The notes beneath the pieces were generated by a model. The model was not told where the DNA came from. It ran no database searches and saw only the letters and a list, made by a program, of their open reading frames with translations. Of a stretch of 64,000 nt of DNA, positions 10,090 to 19,676 are shown one piece after another. A program made the position numbers and the translations under genes. This stretch comes from an uncultured Candidatus Saccharibacteria bacterium (GTDB lineage: Bacteria; Patescibacteriota; CAZHWT01): contig CAZHWT010000002.1 of the NCBI GenBank assembly GCA_964536215.1, forward strand, positions 20,573 through 84,572. Reading direction: 5' to 3'. Position 1 is the stretch's first letter; each line of letters begins with the position of its first letter.

Positions 10090-10371
10090 CTAACAGTCAA
10101 ACGCGACAGTAGCCAGGTTATTTGGCATATGCAAATAGACACTTCGACGGACGACATTATTATAATGGAATCCCCACACAGGTGTCACAATTTGCACCAG
10201 GCTATCCTGCAAGCCCGACCTAATCCACTCCCCAGGATACCACCAGATTGGCGCTCGGGTCGACGGAGTATAAAAACAATACTGATCCTTGCGTGCGTTA
10301 TAGTGCATAACCACCAGAACGCAGCTCCAACCCGGGACTGTCACCATACTACCGATGGGCAATACTGTCAT
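10090..10371 (-). CDS. hypothetical protein
   Basis: 93-aa ORF with a GGAGGG RBS 7 nt upstream of its ATG. Confidence 0.45.
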   Translation of the reverse strand: MTVLPIGSMVTVPGWSCVLVVMHYNARKDQYCFYTPSTRAPIWWYPGEWIRSGLQDSLVQIVTPVWGFHYNNVVRRSVYLHMPNNLATVAFDC

Positions 10372-10508
10372 TGTCTTACCCTCCATGTTAGCTTGACAAA
10401 ATCCATGCCCATAAAACAATATTTAATCCGCTTAGTCAAGGGGCAATAAAACAGCTTGATATTCGAAACTCGAAACCTCTAGTTCGACTATGCATAAAAC
10501 TCATCAGC

Positions 10509-10539
10509 GCTAAACGCCACACGCTAAACGCTAAACGCT
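10509..10539. repeat. tandem heptamer GCTAAAC (3-4 units) upstream of the zf-UBP gene
   Basis: gctaaacgccacacgctaaacgctaaacgctc. Confidence 0.7.
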
Positions 10540-10579
10540 CCCTCATCCCCGCTTTCTTGTTGCCAACAAACTCACAGCA

Positions 10580-10873
10580 GTGTACTGTAGAAACATGACC
10601 ATTAATTGCGACCATCTCGATCAAATTCGTCCCGTCGAACCTCAAACGCCTAATGGTTGTCAGGAGTGTCTAGTAAGTGGCGATAAATGGGTCCATCTGC
10701 GCCTGTGCATGACCTGTGGTCACGTTGGCTGCTGCGACAGTTCCCCCAACCAACACGCCACCAAGCACTTTCACGACACGCAGCACGCCATTATGCAATC
10801 TTTTGAACCCGAAGAGGACTGGCTTTATTGTTTTATTGACGAAATTCAATTTGAACCATTCGATATTTATTAG
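10580..10873 (+). CDS. zf-UBP (ubiquitin-hydrolase-type zinc finger) domain protein
   Basis: Cys/His pattern CDHL...C..C....WVHLRLCMTCGHVGCC...HATKHF...H, typical of the zf-UBP fold. The start could instead be the ATG at 10595. Confidence 0.65.
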   Translation: MYCRNMTINCDHLDQIRPVEPQTPNGCQECLVSGDKWVHLRLCMTCGHVGCCDSSPNQHATKHFHDTQHAIMQSFEPEEDWLYCFIDEIQFEPFDIY

Positions 10874-10925
10874 TAAGCGGCCAGACGGAGGTAGCCAGCT
10901 ACACGTTCAGATTTAAAAAACAAAT

Positions 10926-10960
10926 TCTATTTTCTATTTTCTACTTTCTATTTTCTAAAA
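10926..10960. repeat. tandem heptamer TCTATTT x5 immediately upstream of an RBS
   Basis: tctattttctattttctactttctattttctaaaa precedes the AAGGAG of the next gene. Confidence 0.75.
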
Positions 10961-10972
10961 AAGGAGCCTTAT

Positions 10973-11341
10973 ATGCTAAATCTAAGTTCCATTATGGTCG
11001 GCACCATGCAATTAGATACAATGGTTGAGTTCTATAACAAAATTTTTGATCGGGAACCAGTTATGGTGGACGAAGCTGGTAGTGGTTGGATGGTGGGAGA
11101 ATGTTTCTTTAGTGTCATGGAGCATTCGGAGATGGGTGGTCCGTCTAAGGACCCAGGTAGAATTATGATCACCTTGGCCACTGCCGAAGTCAAAGAGGAA
11201 TTCGAGCGCATGAAAAACGCCGGCGCCACGCCTATTAAAGAGCCATATGAAATGCAAGGCATGTGGATCGCCACCCTCGCCGACCCCGACAACAACTACT
11301 TCCAACTCATGACCCCATGGGAAGATTCGCAAGAAAAGTAG
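10973..11341 (+). CDS. VOC/glyoxalase-fold family protein
   Basis: 122 aa, AAGGAG RBS. Resemblance to the glyoxalase/bleomycin-resistance fold is weak. Confidence 0.5.
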   Translation: MLNLSSIMVGTMQLDTMVEFYNKIFDREPVMVDEAGSGWMVGECFFSVMEHSEMGGPSKDPGRIMITLATAEVKEEFERMKNAGATPIKEPYEMQGMWIATLADPDNNYFQLMTPWEDSQEK

Positions 11342-11597
11342 CCATTAAGACTAATTGGCTCGTAATAGCTCGGACATAATCGTAGACGATAAAGATAGTC
11401 TTAAAATAACAAAGGACCGATCTTGCCAGATCGGTCCTTTTTGGCTAACTACGATTGACAACCCGTCTAGCTATAGCATTCATTGTGCTAACTGTAATAT
11501 TGACGGGTAAGCTTATAGCGATTATAATCAACGCTATTGCAGATTATTTGCCAGGCACGGGTTTGGCCATACCTGCAATAAAGAGGAGATGAGCACC

Positions 11598-11960
11598 ATG
11601 GTGACAGGGGTATCGGATCAACCATTGGCTGAGACTAAACTGGTCGAATGTGACCAGTTTCCATCTTCAATTTTCATTCACGTCTCTGAAGAGATCATTG
11701 AAGCAGCTGACCGGTTCCGCGGAAAGGCGGATAAGTGCCCGTTAGCCATGGCGGCGCGATTGGCGCTCTCGTCCATGGGTACCGATATTGAAGTCAGGGT
11801 TCGCGAGTTTGACTATGAGCATATTGAAATCGAGGTCTGGCCTGCCGGCTGTAGCTGTGGCTATTACCAGATCAATGACATTGCTCATGTTGTTCGGGAT
11901 TGGGACGATGGCAAGCCCATGCAGTCATTCAAAGCTACTGCACACTTCGTGACGCTGTAA
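11598..11960 (+). CDS. hypothetical protein
   Basis: ORF with an AAGAGGAG RBS. The start was placed at the second ATG for better spacing. Confidence 0.5.
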   Translation: MVTGVSDQPLAETKLVECDQFPSSIFIHVSEEIIEAADRFRGKADKCPLAMAARLALSSMGTDIEVRVREFDYEHIEIEVWPAGCSCGYYQINDIAHVVRDWDDGKPMQSFKATAHFVTL

Positions 11961-12113
11961 GCTTCAGGCCAGTCGGTCAGTGGTTATTACCACTCGCCCG
12001 ACTGGCTTTTTTAAATTTTGCTATGTTTCGCTATGGCATCCGTTACACCTGGTATATAAAAAAATATAAAAAGAACAGCGCCGATAGCTCGGCGCTGTAA
12101 TAAATTTGCCCGA

Positions 12114-12380
12114 CTAGGCAAACGGAAATTTTGGCCTATTAATATGCCAATTTTCAGCTGATTCCATCTCCGTAATCGCTGAGTCGATCTCAACTATTAG
12201 ACCAGCAGCCTCTTGGCTAATATCCGGAAAGCCACACAGCTCTTCAACCTGACTGCGCAACCTGCGCAGCTGGTCAAGGATTGAGTCCATTTCGCTCCGC
12301 CCACAGGGCTTTACTGAAATGTAAAGAAAGTGAAAGGCTTCCACCTTTTTCTTTAGCATATCTGCTGGGGAAAGTGACAT
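12114..12380 (-). CDS. hypothetical protein
   Basis: 88 aa, AAGGAGG RBS. Confidence 0.5.
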   Translation of the reverse strand: MSLSPADMLKKKVEAFHFLYISVKPCGRSEMDSILDQLRRLRSQVEELCGFPDISQEAAGLIVEIDSAITEMESAENWHINRPKFPFA

Positions 12381-12490
12381 TGCGTCCTCCTTGGTTGCAG
12401 GTAAAGCAAAACGACGATAGCAATATACCCTATAGCCATCATATTGTAAAGCCCCATGGTACCTATAAGGCCACCGATATCGTACCCTAA

Positions 12491-12805
12491 CTAAGAACGC
12501 TTCTTGGCAGGAATAGACGCAGCAATAGCCAGTAAGATTTCTTTCAAGTCAGGGTCGGCATACATATCCTCTTCAACAACGTAGTACGGCTTAGATCCTG
12601 GATAGGGCTGACCTTGCTCATAACGTTCCATCAGAGCTGATGACGCTGGCACTATTTTGATGAACAATGTATCGTCACAAATAAACCCCACCGTCTTACC
12701 GTTAGCGTACAATGCATACTCGCCAAACATCGGTCGGACACTAAAAGTAGACTGATCACCTAAGCTGTCAAGGATATGCGCCGCAGTAGCTTTGGAAGTA
12801 GCCAT
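12491..12805 (-). CDS. TfoX N-terminal domain-like protein
   Basis: 104 aa. The pattern MFGEYALYANGKTVGFICDDTLFIKI resembles TfoX/Sxy N-domain proteins. Confidence 0.55.
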   Translation of the reverse strand: MATSKATAAHILDSLGDQSTFSVRPMFGEYALYANGKTVGFICDDTLFIKIVPASSALMERYEQGQPYPGSKPYYVVEEDMYADPDLKEILLAIAASIPAKKRS

Positions 12806-12944
12806 AGGAATAGTCTAGCACTTCAACCATTCAGGCGCACATGTTCCATTTCCGTGGCCAGGCCCTATACGACTAATAAGATCATATAAAATGCCGGCGG
12901 ATTGCAAAGAATCGCCGGCATGGTAAACACAAAATTCACGCTCC

Positions 12945-13361
12945 CTAGCCATTACTCACATTCAGTGACAACAGCCGTTTTCGGTTCTCGGGTCGCTTCA
13001 TGTACGCTGTCGCCTCCTCAATCTCCCAATCTGGAATCGCCACACGTACATTATAGATCATAAAGTCATGGCGGTCATAACAATCCCATTGCCAAATGGC
13101 AAAGTAGGCCGCTTGCTCAATGCTGTCATAATGAGCCGGGTTTTCAAGACAGCCTTGGTCGTATAGCAGCGAAAAGACATCAGTATGGTGTGGCTGGTCT
13201 TGGTATTCTGCCAATGCAGTCAATGCGGCCACCAGACCATACTTTTCCACCAACATAGCCAACTCTATGGCTACATTGGTCGGCCGCAGCACGCCTCGAT
13301 TCATGTGCTTGGCTACGGCAATTGCTTCGTGCATTTCATCGCTACTAATCACCTCTCTCAT
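12945..13361 (-). CDS. hypothetical protein
   Basis: 138 aa, AAGGAG RBS. Confidence 0.5.
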   Translation of the reverse strand: MREVISSDEMHEAIAVAKHMNRGVLRPTNVAIELAMLVEKYGLVAALTALAEYQDQPHHTDVFSLLYDQGCLENPAHYDSIEQAAYFAIWQWDCYDRHDFMIYNVRVAIPDWEIEEATAYMKRPENRKRLLSLNVSNG

Positions 13362-13565
13362 CTTGTGCTCCTTCTGCTGTTCTCTGCTGCCAACCTAGTC
13401 GCAGACAATCTGCCACCAAGCGGCGGCAGCATAAGATAAACCATCTTATCTGTCAATATGAACTAATTCCAATATACAGATGGGTAATTAAATCAGGCTT
13501 GTCTTTGGGTCAACCATCTGATAAGGTAACGGCAAGGTTTTTTGGTCGCTAAAAAGGAGAAAGAC

Positions 13566-14159
13566 ATGACCAAACAAATTATCGGCCTAGATGTCGACGG
13601 AGTGATTGCTGACTATTTCACCCCCCTGCTGATTCACATCAACCAGTTGCTGGGTACCAGTCATCGCTATGAAGATTGTATTTCTCACAATCTGGCTGAG
13701 TCTTTTGGCATTTCGGTGGAAGAGATGCGCAAATTGCTCATTGATTTTGAGACCGACGAACTGATTGCCAACCTGCCGCCTCTGGAGGGGGCATTGGAAG
13801 CCATTGCCTTGCTGCAGACCAAGTACGATATTGCCATTATCACCAGTCGTCGTACTGAGTGGCAAGCAGCGACGGCTGCCTGGCTAGACCAATATTTTTC
13901 GGCCGTCCAAGTGTATTACACTATTGGCCGCAACAACACCTTCGCCGGCGGACCCAACCGCCTGCATAAACCTCAGGTAGCCGAACAAATCGGCGCTTTT
14001 TGTCTGATCGAAGACAATGAGCAGGAATTCTATCACTGGGACTCTGATAAAGTTGAGCCCATCTGCTTTGCTCAACCCTGGAATCGTGGTCTTATTGCGA
14101 CTCACCCCCACATTCCGCGCCTGCGGTGGCCAGAAATTATCAGCCGGCTAATGTCATAG
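13566..14159 (+). CDS. HAD-superfamily 5'(3')-deoxyribonucleotidase-like hydrolase
   Basis: DxDGV motif (IIGLDVDGVIADY) at the N-terminus. AAGGAG RBS before the ATG at 13566. Confidence 0.6.
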   Translation: MTKQIIGLDVDGVIADYFTPLLIHINQLLGTSHRYEDCISHNLAESFGISVEEMRKLLIDFETDELIANLPPLEGALEAIALLQTKYDIAIITSRRTEWQAATAAWLDQYFSAVQVYYTIGRNNTFAGGPNRLHKPQVAEQIGAFCLIEDNEQEFYHWDSDKVEPICFAQPWNRGLIATHPHIPRLRWPEIISRLMS

Positions 14160-14259
14160 CTGGCCTGGACAGCGGTCGCTCCCGCTGTCCGCTTTACTTT
14201 TCAAATGTAGACAAAAAAGAAAGTCCGCCCAGAATGAGTCTGTGCGGACTTGGAATAGC

Positions 14260-14781
14260 CTACTCCTTCGCTTTATTGGCGGATTCGGCTTTGCGCCGCT
14301 CGGCTTCCTGTTGTATACCAAGATGTGTCCAAGTAGAGAACCACTCTTGGTATTCCAGAACATCGCTAGCATCGTGCGGGTTGTCCATCAACCCAGCCAA
14401 CCAGTGCGGCATATATGCTGGCAGCATAGTAAAGTCGCCGATCACCGCCTCTTTTGTAAACACGTAGCCGGCAATGGCCATCCGCAATAGCGTCGCCATT
14501 TGCTCTAGCGAGACGCGTTTGTACTCCTTGTAGAACTCCTGCGTCGCGATATGCTCATCAAACATATCCGAAATTGTTGGCAACAGCGACTCACGCAGGT
14601 CATCGCGGTGGCCATTATCCCCTTCGCGATACTGGGGCGTCGACTTATAGAGTCGGTCGATCAGGTCTTGCCCAGTTGGTACATCAGTTAGACGGGCGAA
14701 CATCAATGGGCGTCCCCGCCCATCTCGCGGCAAGTCTTTCAGACGTTTACCGGCGAGCTTGCGATTGAATAGTTTAACCAT
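14260..14781 (-). CDS. hypothetical protein
   Basis: 173 aa, AAGGAGA RBS. Confidence 0.5.
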   Translation of the reverse strand: MVKLFNRKLAGKRLKDLPRDGRGRPLMFARLTDVPTGQDLIDRLYKSTPQYREGDNGHRDDLRESLLPTISDMFDEHIATQEFYKEYKRVSLEQMATLLRMAIAGYVFTKEAVIGDFTMLPAYMPHWLAGLMDNPHDASDVLEYQEWFSTWTHLGIQQEAERRKAESANKAKE

Positions 14782-15013
14782 TGTGCTCTCCTTGACCTAG
14801 TCCTAGAAGTAGACCTATAGTATATACGATAGCCGTAAAAAAGGCAAGTTTTCACTTATTTTCGCACACTAGCCATCCGCCTCAACTCAAGCCCCATCTC
14901 CCGACCAACAAAAACACCATTACCTAAAACCAATCCCCCCCAATTGACGACCTGTCGTCAAAGTAGTATAAACAATCACTGTTGTCACGCTTACCTGTTA
15001 CGAAGGAGAGAAC

Positions 15014-15514
15014 ATGGTCAAATTAGGCAAGTTGTTAAGGCAACTCCAACCGGGGTCGAATCGCCAATCTGTTAGGCGGACGCACATTGTCCAAACGCTC
15101 GATCCTGTGGAAGAAACAATCAGGCTGCAGACCCATCTGAATCAGGGCAATCTGACCACCATACTCCCATTGTCCGTTTCACTCCATGATTGCCGCTTCT
15201 TTGAAGTTCTGGATGGACTGCAAGAACGTGGTTGGATTGCTTTACCGACCAGTTCAGTAGCTGAACAACAAGCCGCCTTTGAGCAGGCTTTTGGATTGCA
15301 GCTGGTAGAAATTCCAGAACCACTCCTCGCCGATTCCGACGTAGATCAAATCAACCAGATTTACGTATATAGAATTGAGGAGATTGAGAGCGGCGGGCAG
15401 CGACTTCTGTCATTGTTTGGCCCTTGGGCCGATAGGATCGGAATCTGCCTATGTGCCGGCCTCGACTTTGGGCGTGGTCGAGTTGACATAACGCTGGCCT
15501 ATCCCGCTATCTAA
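15014..15514 (+). CDS. hypothetical protein
   Basis: 166 aa, GAAGGAGAG RBS. Confidence 0.5.
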   Translation: MVKLGKLLRQLQPGSNRQSVRRTHIVQTLDPVEETIRLQTHLNQGNLTTILPLSVSLHDCRFFEVLDGLQERGWIALPTSSVAEQQAAFEQAFGLQLVEIPEPLLADSDVDQINQIYVYRIEEIESGGQRLLSLFGPWADRIGICLCAGLDFGRGRVDITLAYPAI

Positions 15515-15674
15515 AAACCACATTGGGGAGCCACCTTGGCTCCCTTTTTTCGTAAGCATTATGCCTAAACACAAGCATCTCTAATAAACAAGCTAAGAAA
15601 AGACCTATATTGAAAAATACAGGGCTGTGTGTCAGAATAGTGGTGTAGTTTTTGACGCAATCAGGAGAGAAGAG

Positions 15675-16091
15675 ATGCAGATGTATGTAAAGTGTCCGCT
15701 GTGTGATCGGGAGTGGGATCTGGAGTTCAACTACTGTCCTATCGACGGACGATCGCTTAAAGCGGCCAAGGCAGAAGTACTTCATCCGGGCCGCTACCTT
15801 CCAGAATTGCCAGTGGCAGACAATGCTGATCTTAGCCGACTGTACGCGGATGTATTCGGTCAAATGTCGGATGCCCCCAAACCAGATGTGGTGCAGGTCA
15901 GGAACTGGCTATCCAGTATGAACAAGCAGTGGGCTCAAGTGCTGATTCATTACTACGGCCTCGGTAGCCAACCGCCGCAAACATATGCGCAAATTGGAGC
16001 AATGGCGGGAGTCAGGGGTGCAGGCATACGGGCAAAAGCCGAAAATGCTCGCCGCCGCATTCGCCAATTTGAGCGAGAAAGCCGTCGCTAA
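15675..16091 (+). CDS. zinc-ribbon protein with C-terminal sigma-70 region-4-like HTH
   Basis: N-terminal CPLC...CPIDG ribbon. The C-terminal YAQIGAMAGVRGAGIRAKAENARRRIRQF resembles sigma region 4. AGGAGA RBS. Confidence 0.45.
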   Translation: MQMYVKCPLCDREWDLEFNYCPIDGRSLKAAKAEVLHPGRYLPELPVADNADLSRLYADVFGQMSDAPKPDVVQVRNWLSSMNKQWAQVLIHYYGLGSQPPQTYAQIGAMAGVRGAGIRAKAENARRRIRQFERESRR

Positions 16092-16566
16092 AGCAACGGC
16101 TTCCACGTACTAGTGGCTCTGGCCGTTAAAACCAGAGTCACTTTCGCCTTCACATTAAAACCGTAAATGATTGTGCCTTTGGTAACCAGCACGCAACAAG
16201 CTACGTGCCTGGTGCTTAACCAGCGGCAAGCAGGTGAAGACAGTGACAACTGAATTGGAGGAAGACAAGCCTGATCTGTGGCAAGGGCGCAGCCACCAGT
16301 GGACATTCAAATGCTCAGACCATGCCAGCTTTGGCCAGTGGTTGTACTGCCTGCTAAGCTGGCTCTTTTTATATCCAAAAAAGGAAAACAAAGTTAAAAA
16401 TAAAGATTGTGCAAAAAGGCACAAAAAATCCCGCCTGGTGGCGGGTAATGTATATATGAATAATACTACACTCGTCTCGAATCTGTCAAATTTTGGCCCA
16501 AACTGATTAAAAAATTTACCGTTTTTGCACCACCCTTAAAAACTGGTCGCAGGATATACTATAGCT

Positions 16567-16767
16567 ATGGAATATATATTATTCGCCGCCGTTGCTGCTG
16601 CAGTGTCGCTGATTGTTTTTGTCCATAAGGGTACCGTATTAGAAGATGGTAAATGTCCAAAATGCCGCCACCCTTTAACGTTACGCGAAGGTAAGTTTGG
16701 CCAATTCTGGGGCTGCACTAACTACCCTGCCTGTAAATACACACGCAAAGCACTGCGGTCAAAATAA
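16567..16767 (+). CDS. small membrane-anchored protein with topoisomerase-type C4 zinc finger
   Basis: The pattern CPKCRHPL...FWGCTNYPACKYT matches zf-C4_Topoisom. Confidence 0.6.
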   Translation: MEYILFAAVAAAVSLIVFVHKGTVLEDGKCPKCRHPLTLREGKFGQFWGCTNYPACKYTRKALRSK

Positions 16768-16785
16768 AGACAGGTTGGAATATGC

Positions 16786-16968
16786 CTACTTTTTCCAATC
16801 CTCCACTACAAGCTTTTTACCAGACAGCTTTACCGTCACCTTCTGCTTAACCCGCCAACCTAGTTTACGAATCGCTTCAATTGGCAACGTTATGCCCACA
16901 CTGTCCCCTCTAGTATTTAGTTTGCGTACTTCTCTATCTTCAGAATTTCGATTTGCCAAAACAATCAC
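16786..16968 (-). CDS. AbrB/MazE/SpoVT-like small DNA-binding protein
   Basis: 60 aa. The C-terminal half (VGITLPIEAIRKLGWRVKQKVTVKLSGKKLVV) looks like a swapped-hairpin barrel domain. Confidence 0.5.
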   Translation of the reverse strand: MIVLANRNSEDREVRKLNTRGDSVGITLPIEAIRKLGWRVKQKVTVKLSGKKLVVEDWKK

Positions 16969-17005
16969 CGGCTTTCCATGCTGAACCCAATTTAATCGGG
17001 CTACA

Positions 17006-17040
17006 TAGCCAATTAAATGGCTATTTAAATATCCATTTAT
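17006..17040. repeat. dispersed palindromic element (ATAGCCAATTAAATGGCTATTTAAAT family)
   Basis: Member of a 6-copy family, located upstream of the AbrB-like gene. Confidence 0.7.
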
Positions 17041-17078
17041 CCATTAGCTAAACCATACTCCCAAACAGCCAGGCGTGT

Positions 17079-17108
17079 CAAAAAGAAAACCCCGCCTACT
17101 CGGCGGGG
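17079..17108 (-). terminator. rho-independent terminator of the 17127-17765 gene
   Basis: CCCCGCCTACTCGGCGGGG hairpin plus a T-run on the minus strand. Confidence 0.65.
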
Positions 17109-17126
17109 TACGAACAAGCATTCAAT

Positions 17127-17765
17127 TTAAGGCGTAAATTTCGTGGTCTCAGCCGGCTCCCAAAAGTCATAGGTAATAATGCCGTCCTCCTGCCAGCGGC
17201 CGACAATAGCGATACCTTCCCAACAACAGTTCCAACGGCCACAGCCGAGAGCGTAGGTATTTCCACTCTCCTCTTGCTTATAGGTGGTTATTGAAAAATC
17301 CTGACCTGTGACAGAGTCGAGGTTGTAAAAAACCACCCCATCGCCAGGGAGAATCGGAAGGCCGCACACGCAGCATCTGATTGCCACCTTAGCCAAGTGC
17401 TCTACATTGCAGGCCGGGCAACGTAACTGCCTGATTTCATCGTATGGAGAATAGCGGTCGCCCCAGAGTCGGACCTCATACCACTTGGGCCCGGTATGCC
17501 CGCATTGACTGTGGATGATTTCGGTAGATTCGTTTTCTGGCGGAGCCACTTCAACCCAATCGACAATCGACGGGTCTTGTTCCGGTACCATTGGCTCCAT
17601 ATCGGCCCCAACGGCAAGAATCAGCTCTAAGCCCGGGATAGAAGGGGGCTTATCCCTCAGTGCCGGCTTTCTGTCTCCTCCCTTGTTCACGTTTGCTACT
17701 GACTCCGGATGGTCAGACTCACTAGTCGATGACTTGCCCATTATCCAACGTCGTAGCCTCTGCAT
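17127..17765 (-). CDS. hypothetical Cys-rich (zinc-ribbon-like) protein
   Basis: ORF with an AAGGAG RBS 6 nt before an internal ATG; the track ORF extends to 17798. Multiple CxxC pairs. Confidence 0.5.
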   Translation of the reverse strand: MQRLRRWIMGKSSTSESDHPESVANVNKGGDRKPALRDKPPSIPGLELILAVGADMEPMVPEQDPSIVDWVEVAPPENESTEIIHSQCGHTGPKWYEVRLWGDRYSPYDEIRQLRCPACNVEHLAKVAIRCCVCGLPILPGDGVVFYNLDSVTGQDFSITTYKQEESGNTYALGCGRWNCCWEGIAIVGRWQEDGIITYDFWEPAETTKFTP

Positions 17766-18140
17766 CCTGTCTCCTTTGCGAAAACCAGTAAACCTCACTC
17801 TTCTACCATAATGCCACTATCAGGTCAACGGTCGGACGGGCATGCGTTAAGAGTAAAAGAAATCCCCACCTAAAAGACCGAGTTATTGGTTAAAACCAAC
17901 CGCGAAAAGCATCCAGACCTTCCAAGTCCTTATCTCAGAAGACCTAGCTTGCCTTACCTATCGATACGTTCATTTATGCAAGTTTAATGGTAATAAAATC
18001 TCGATTAAATCATGAAAAACGGCATGCTGTCGTACTGTCAAAGCCGACAGAGCTGCAGCCCTTAAACTAAACTTGCAAACAAACTGATGACAGGATACAA
18101 CTCGCTGCCGCCACACAATTTCTATTTTGTAAAATTAGTG

Positions 18141-18323
18141 CTATTTCTTCCAATCCTCCACCCCCAACTTCTTCCCAGACAAGTTAACCGTCACTTGCTG
18201 CTTAACTCGCCAACCTGGTTTATGAATCGTTTCTACAGGTGTGGTCAAATCTATACTATCGCCCGATTTTCCTCACTTTCTGACTGTTCGTTGTTCAGAA
18301 TTATGATTAGATATATTGCTCAC
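18141..18323 (-). pseudogene. AbrB/MazE-like paralog of 16786-16968, interrupted by an in-frame TGA
   Basis: Nucleotide and protein homology to the 16786-16968 gene (…GWRVKQQVTVNLSGKKLGVEDWKK). GTG start, then a TGA stop after 16 codons. The same upstream module follows (terminator, conserved spacer, palindrome). Confidence 0.45.
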
Positions 18324-18340
18324 CGGCTTTCTCACAAACC

Positions 18341-18372
18341 CAAATAAATAGGGATTTAAGTCCCTATTTATT
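18341..18372. repeat. dispersed palindromic element variant (AAATAAATAGGGATTTAAGTCCCTATTTATT)
   Basis: Perfect inverted repeat, same family. Confidence 0.7.
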
Positions 18373-18444
18373 CACTACCCCACTCCCAAACAGGCAGGCA
18401 TGTCAAAAGCTGGAGTGCAGGGGAGGTGAACATCTTCCATAACC

Positions 18445-18479
18445 ATAAAAGAACCCCGCATTTACCTAAAATGCGGGGC
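18445..18479 (-). terminator. rho-independent terminator of the 18507-18845 gene
   Basis: CCCCGCATTTACCTAAAATGCGGGG hairpin plus a T-rich run on the minus strand. Confidence 0.6.
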
Positions 18480-18506
18480 ACGTCTGTCCCAGTTGGCTAG
18501 CCTAAC

Positions 18507-18845
18507 TCATCTCTCCTTCCGCCACATCGCTTGGGTTTGGTGGCATTTGGTATAGCAATTTGGGCAATACCGGATATACATTCCCCAACTGTTCGCAGAG
18601 TCGCGATCGATTGGTTTCTCCTTAATTACCTCGGACCATGGGGCAAAAAAGGTATGGACGCCGTTGCCAAGTGGCTTCCAGTGGCTAAACGGCACATTGC
18701 ATTCGGGGCACCGCTCTGACTTCGGTTCCGTCGTTCCGTAGTAGTCGTAGATGGTGGTGCCATAGCCCGAAGCTAATACTCTAGACACACTCCCTGTCCT
18801 TTCACCTGCCAATAACCAATTTGTCCTGGCTAATAGTAATAGCAT
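18507..18845 (-). CDS. hypothetical Cys-rich protein
   Basis: The track ORF starts with TTG at 18854; the first ATG is at 18845. CPECN and CPNCYTKC motifs. Confidence 0.45.
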   Translation of the reverse strand: MLLLLARTNWLLAGERTGSVSRVLASGYGTTIYDYYGTTEPKSERCPECNVPFSHWKPLGNGVHTFFAPWSEVIKEKPIDRDSANSWGMYIRYCPNCYTKCHQTQAMWRKER

Positions 18846-19001
18846 GCTAGCCAAAGAGCAAGTGGAGCAGCTCGCTGCTTTTAACAGAATTATTTAGGTA
18901 GATAAAAATTTCAACAGAGGCTATGCTTTATATACACACAACCAGAAAATATGCTAGCATTAATATAACATAAGCAAAAAACTAACTAGAAGGTAGCTAC
19001 T

Positions 19002-19460
19002 ATGCCAATTAGCCAAAAAATAACTCCCAACCTATGGTTCGACCATAACGCCAAAGAAGCCGTTGATTACTACATCTCGGTTTTTTCTAACAGCAAAATT
19101 AATAATATCGCCTATTACCCTACCGAAGGTTTGGCCGATTTTCAACAGGAGTTTGCTGGTAAAGAGCTGTCGATAGACTTTGAGTTGGATGGAGTAAGCT
19201 TTACGGCCATAAACGCCGGTTCCGAATTTAAATTTAACGAATCAGTATCATTTTCCATCACCTGTAAAGACCAAGAGGAGATTGATTATTTTTGGAGCAA
19301 ATTATCTGCGGTGCCAGAATCCGAACAATGCGGCTGGTGCAAAGACCAATTCGGCCTATCCTGGCAAGTCGTACCCGCTAATATGGGCGAACTCATGTCC
19401 AAACGCGACGCCTTCGCCCACATGATGCAAATGAAGAAGCTGGTCATTGCCGATTTTTAA
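19002..19460 (+). CDS. PhnB-like / VOC-fold protein (3-demethylubiquinone-9 3-methyltransferase-domain family)
   Basis: 152 aa. The start MPISQKITPNLWFDHNAKEAVDYYISVF is typical of PhnB-like proteins. Confidence 0.55.
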   Translation: MPISQKITPNLWFDHNAKEAVDYYISVFSNSKINNIAYYPTEGLADFQQEFAGKELSIDFELDGVSFTAINAGSEFKFNESVSFSITCKDQEEIDYFWSKLSAVPESEQCGWCKDQFGLSWQVVPANMGELMSKRDAFAHMMQMKKLVIADF

Positions 19461-19676
19461 ACAACTCAACCCAATGTTACTGCTACTAATCTTCTGTGTA
19501 TAAAATAAACTTCGCCAATCGACAGGCGAATGCAGGGGATTAGAATAGTAGTCCAAGTCGCGTTGAAATGTAGTTATACCTCTGTTCCCTACGCTCTAAT
19601 GCTTCAAAATCATTCGATTTGCTGCGATGGTGTACTATTAAGGTTAAGCAACTATACAAGATAAGGAATAATATTT

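Noticed and set aside
10129-10449. 106-aa plus-strand ORF in the 10.05-10.58 kb intergenic region
   Set aside because: It is antisense to a minus-strand ORF (10090-10371) that has a strong GGAGGG RBS. It has no RBS of its own.
18273-18275. In-frame TGA in the AbrB-like paralog as possible UGA=Gly recoding (code 25, as in some CPR lineages)
   Set aside because: Elsewhere the window has very long standard-code ORFs (661, 911 and 1472 aa) without internal TGA-dependent breaks, and three tRNAs are ordinary. The standard code is far more likely, so this gene was called a pseudogene.
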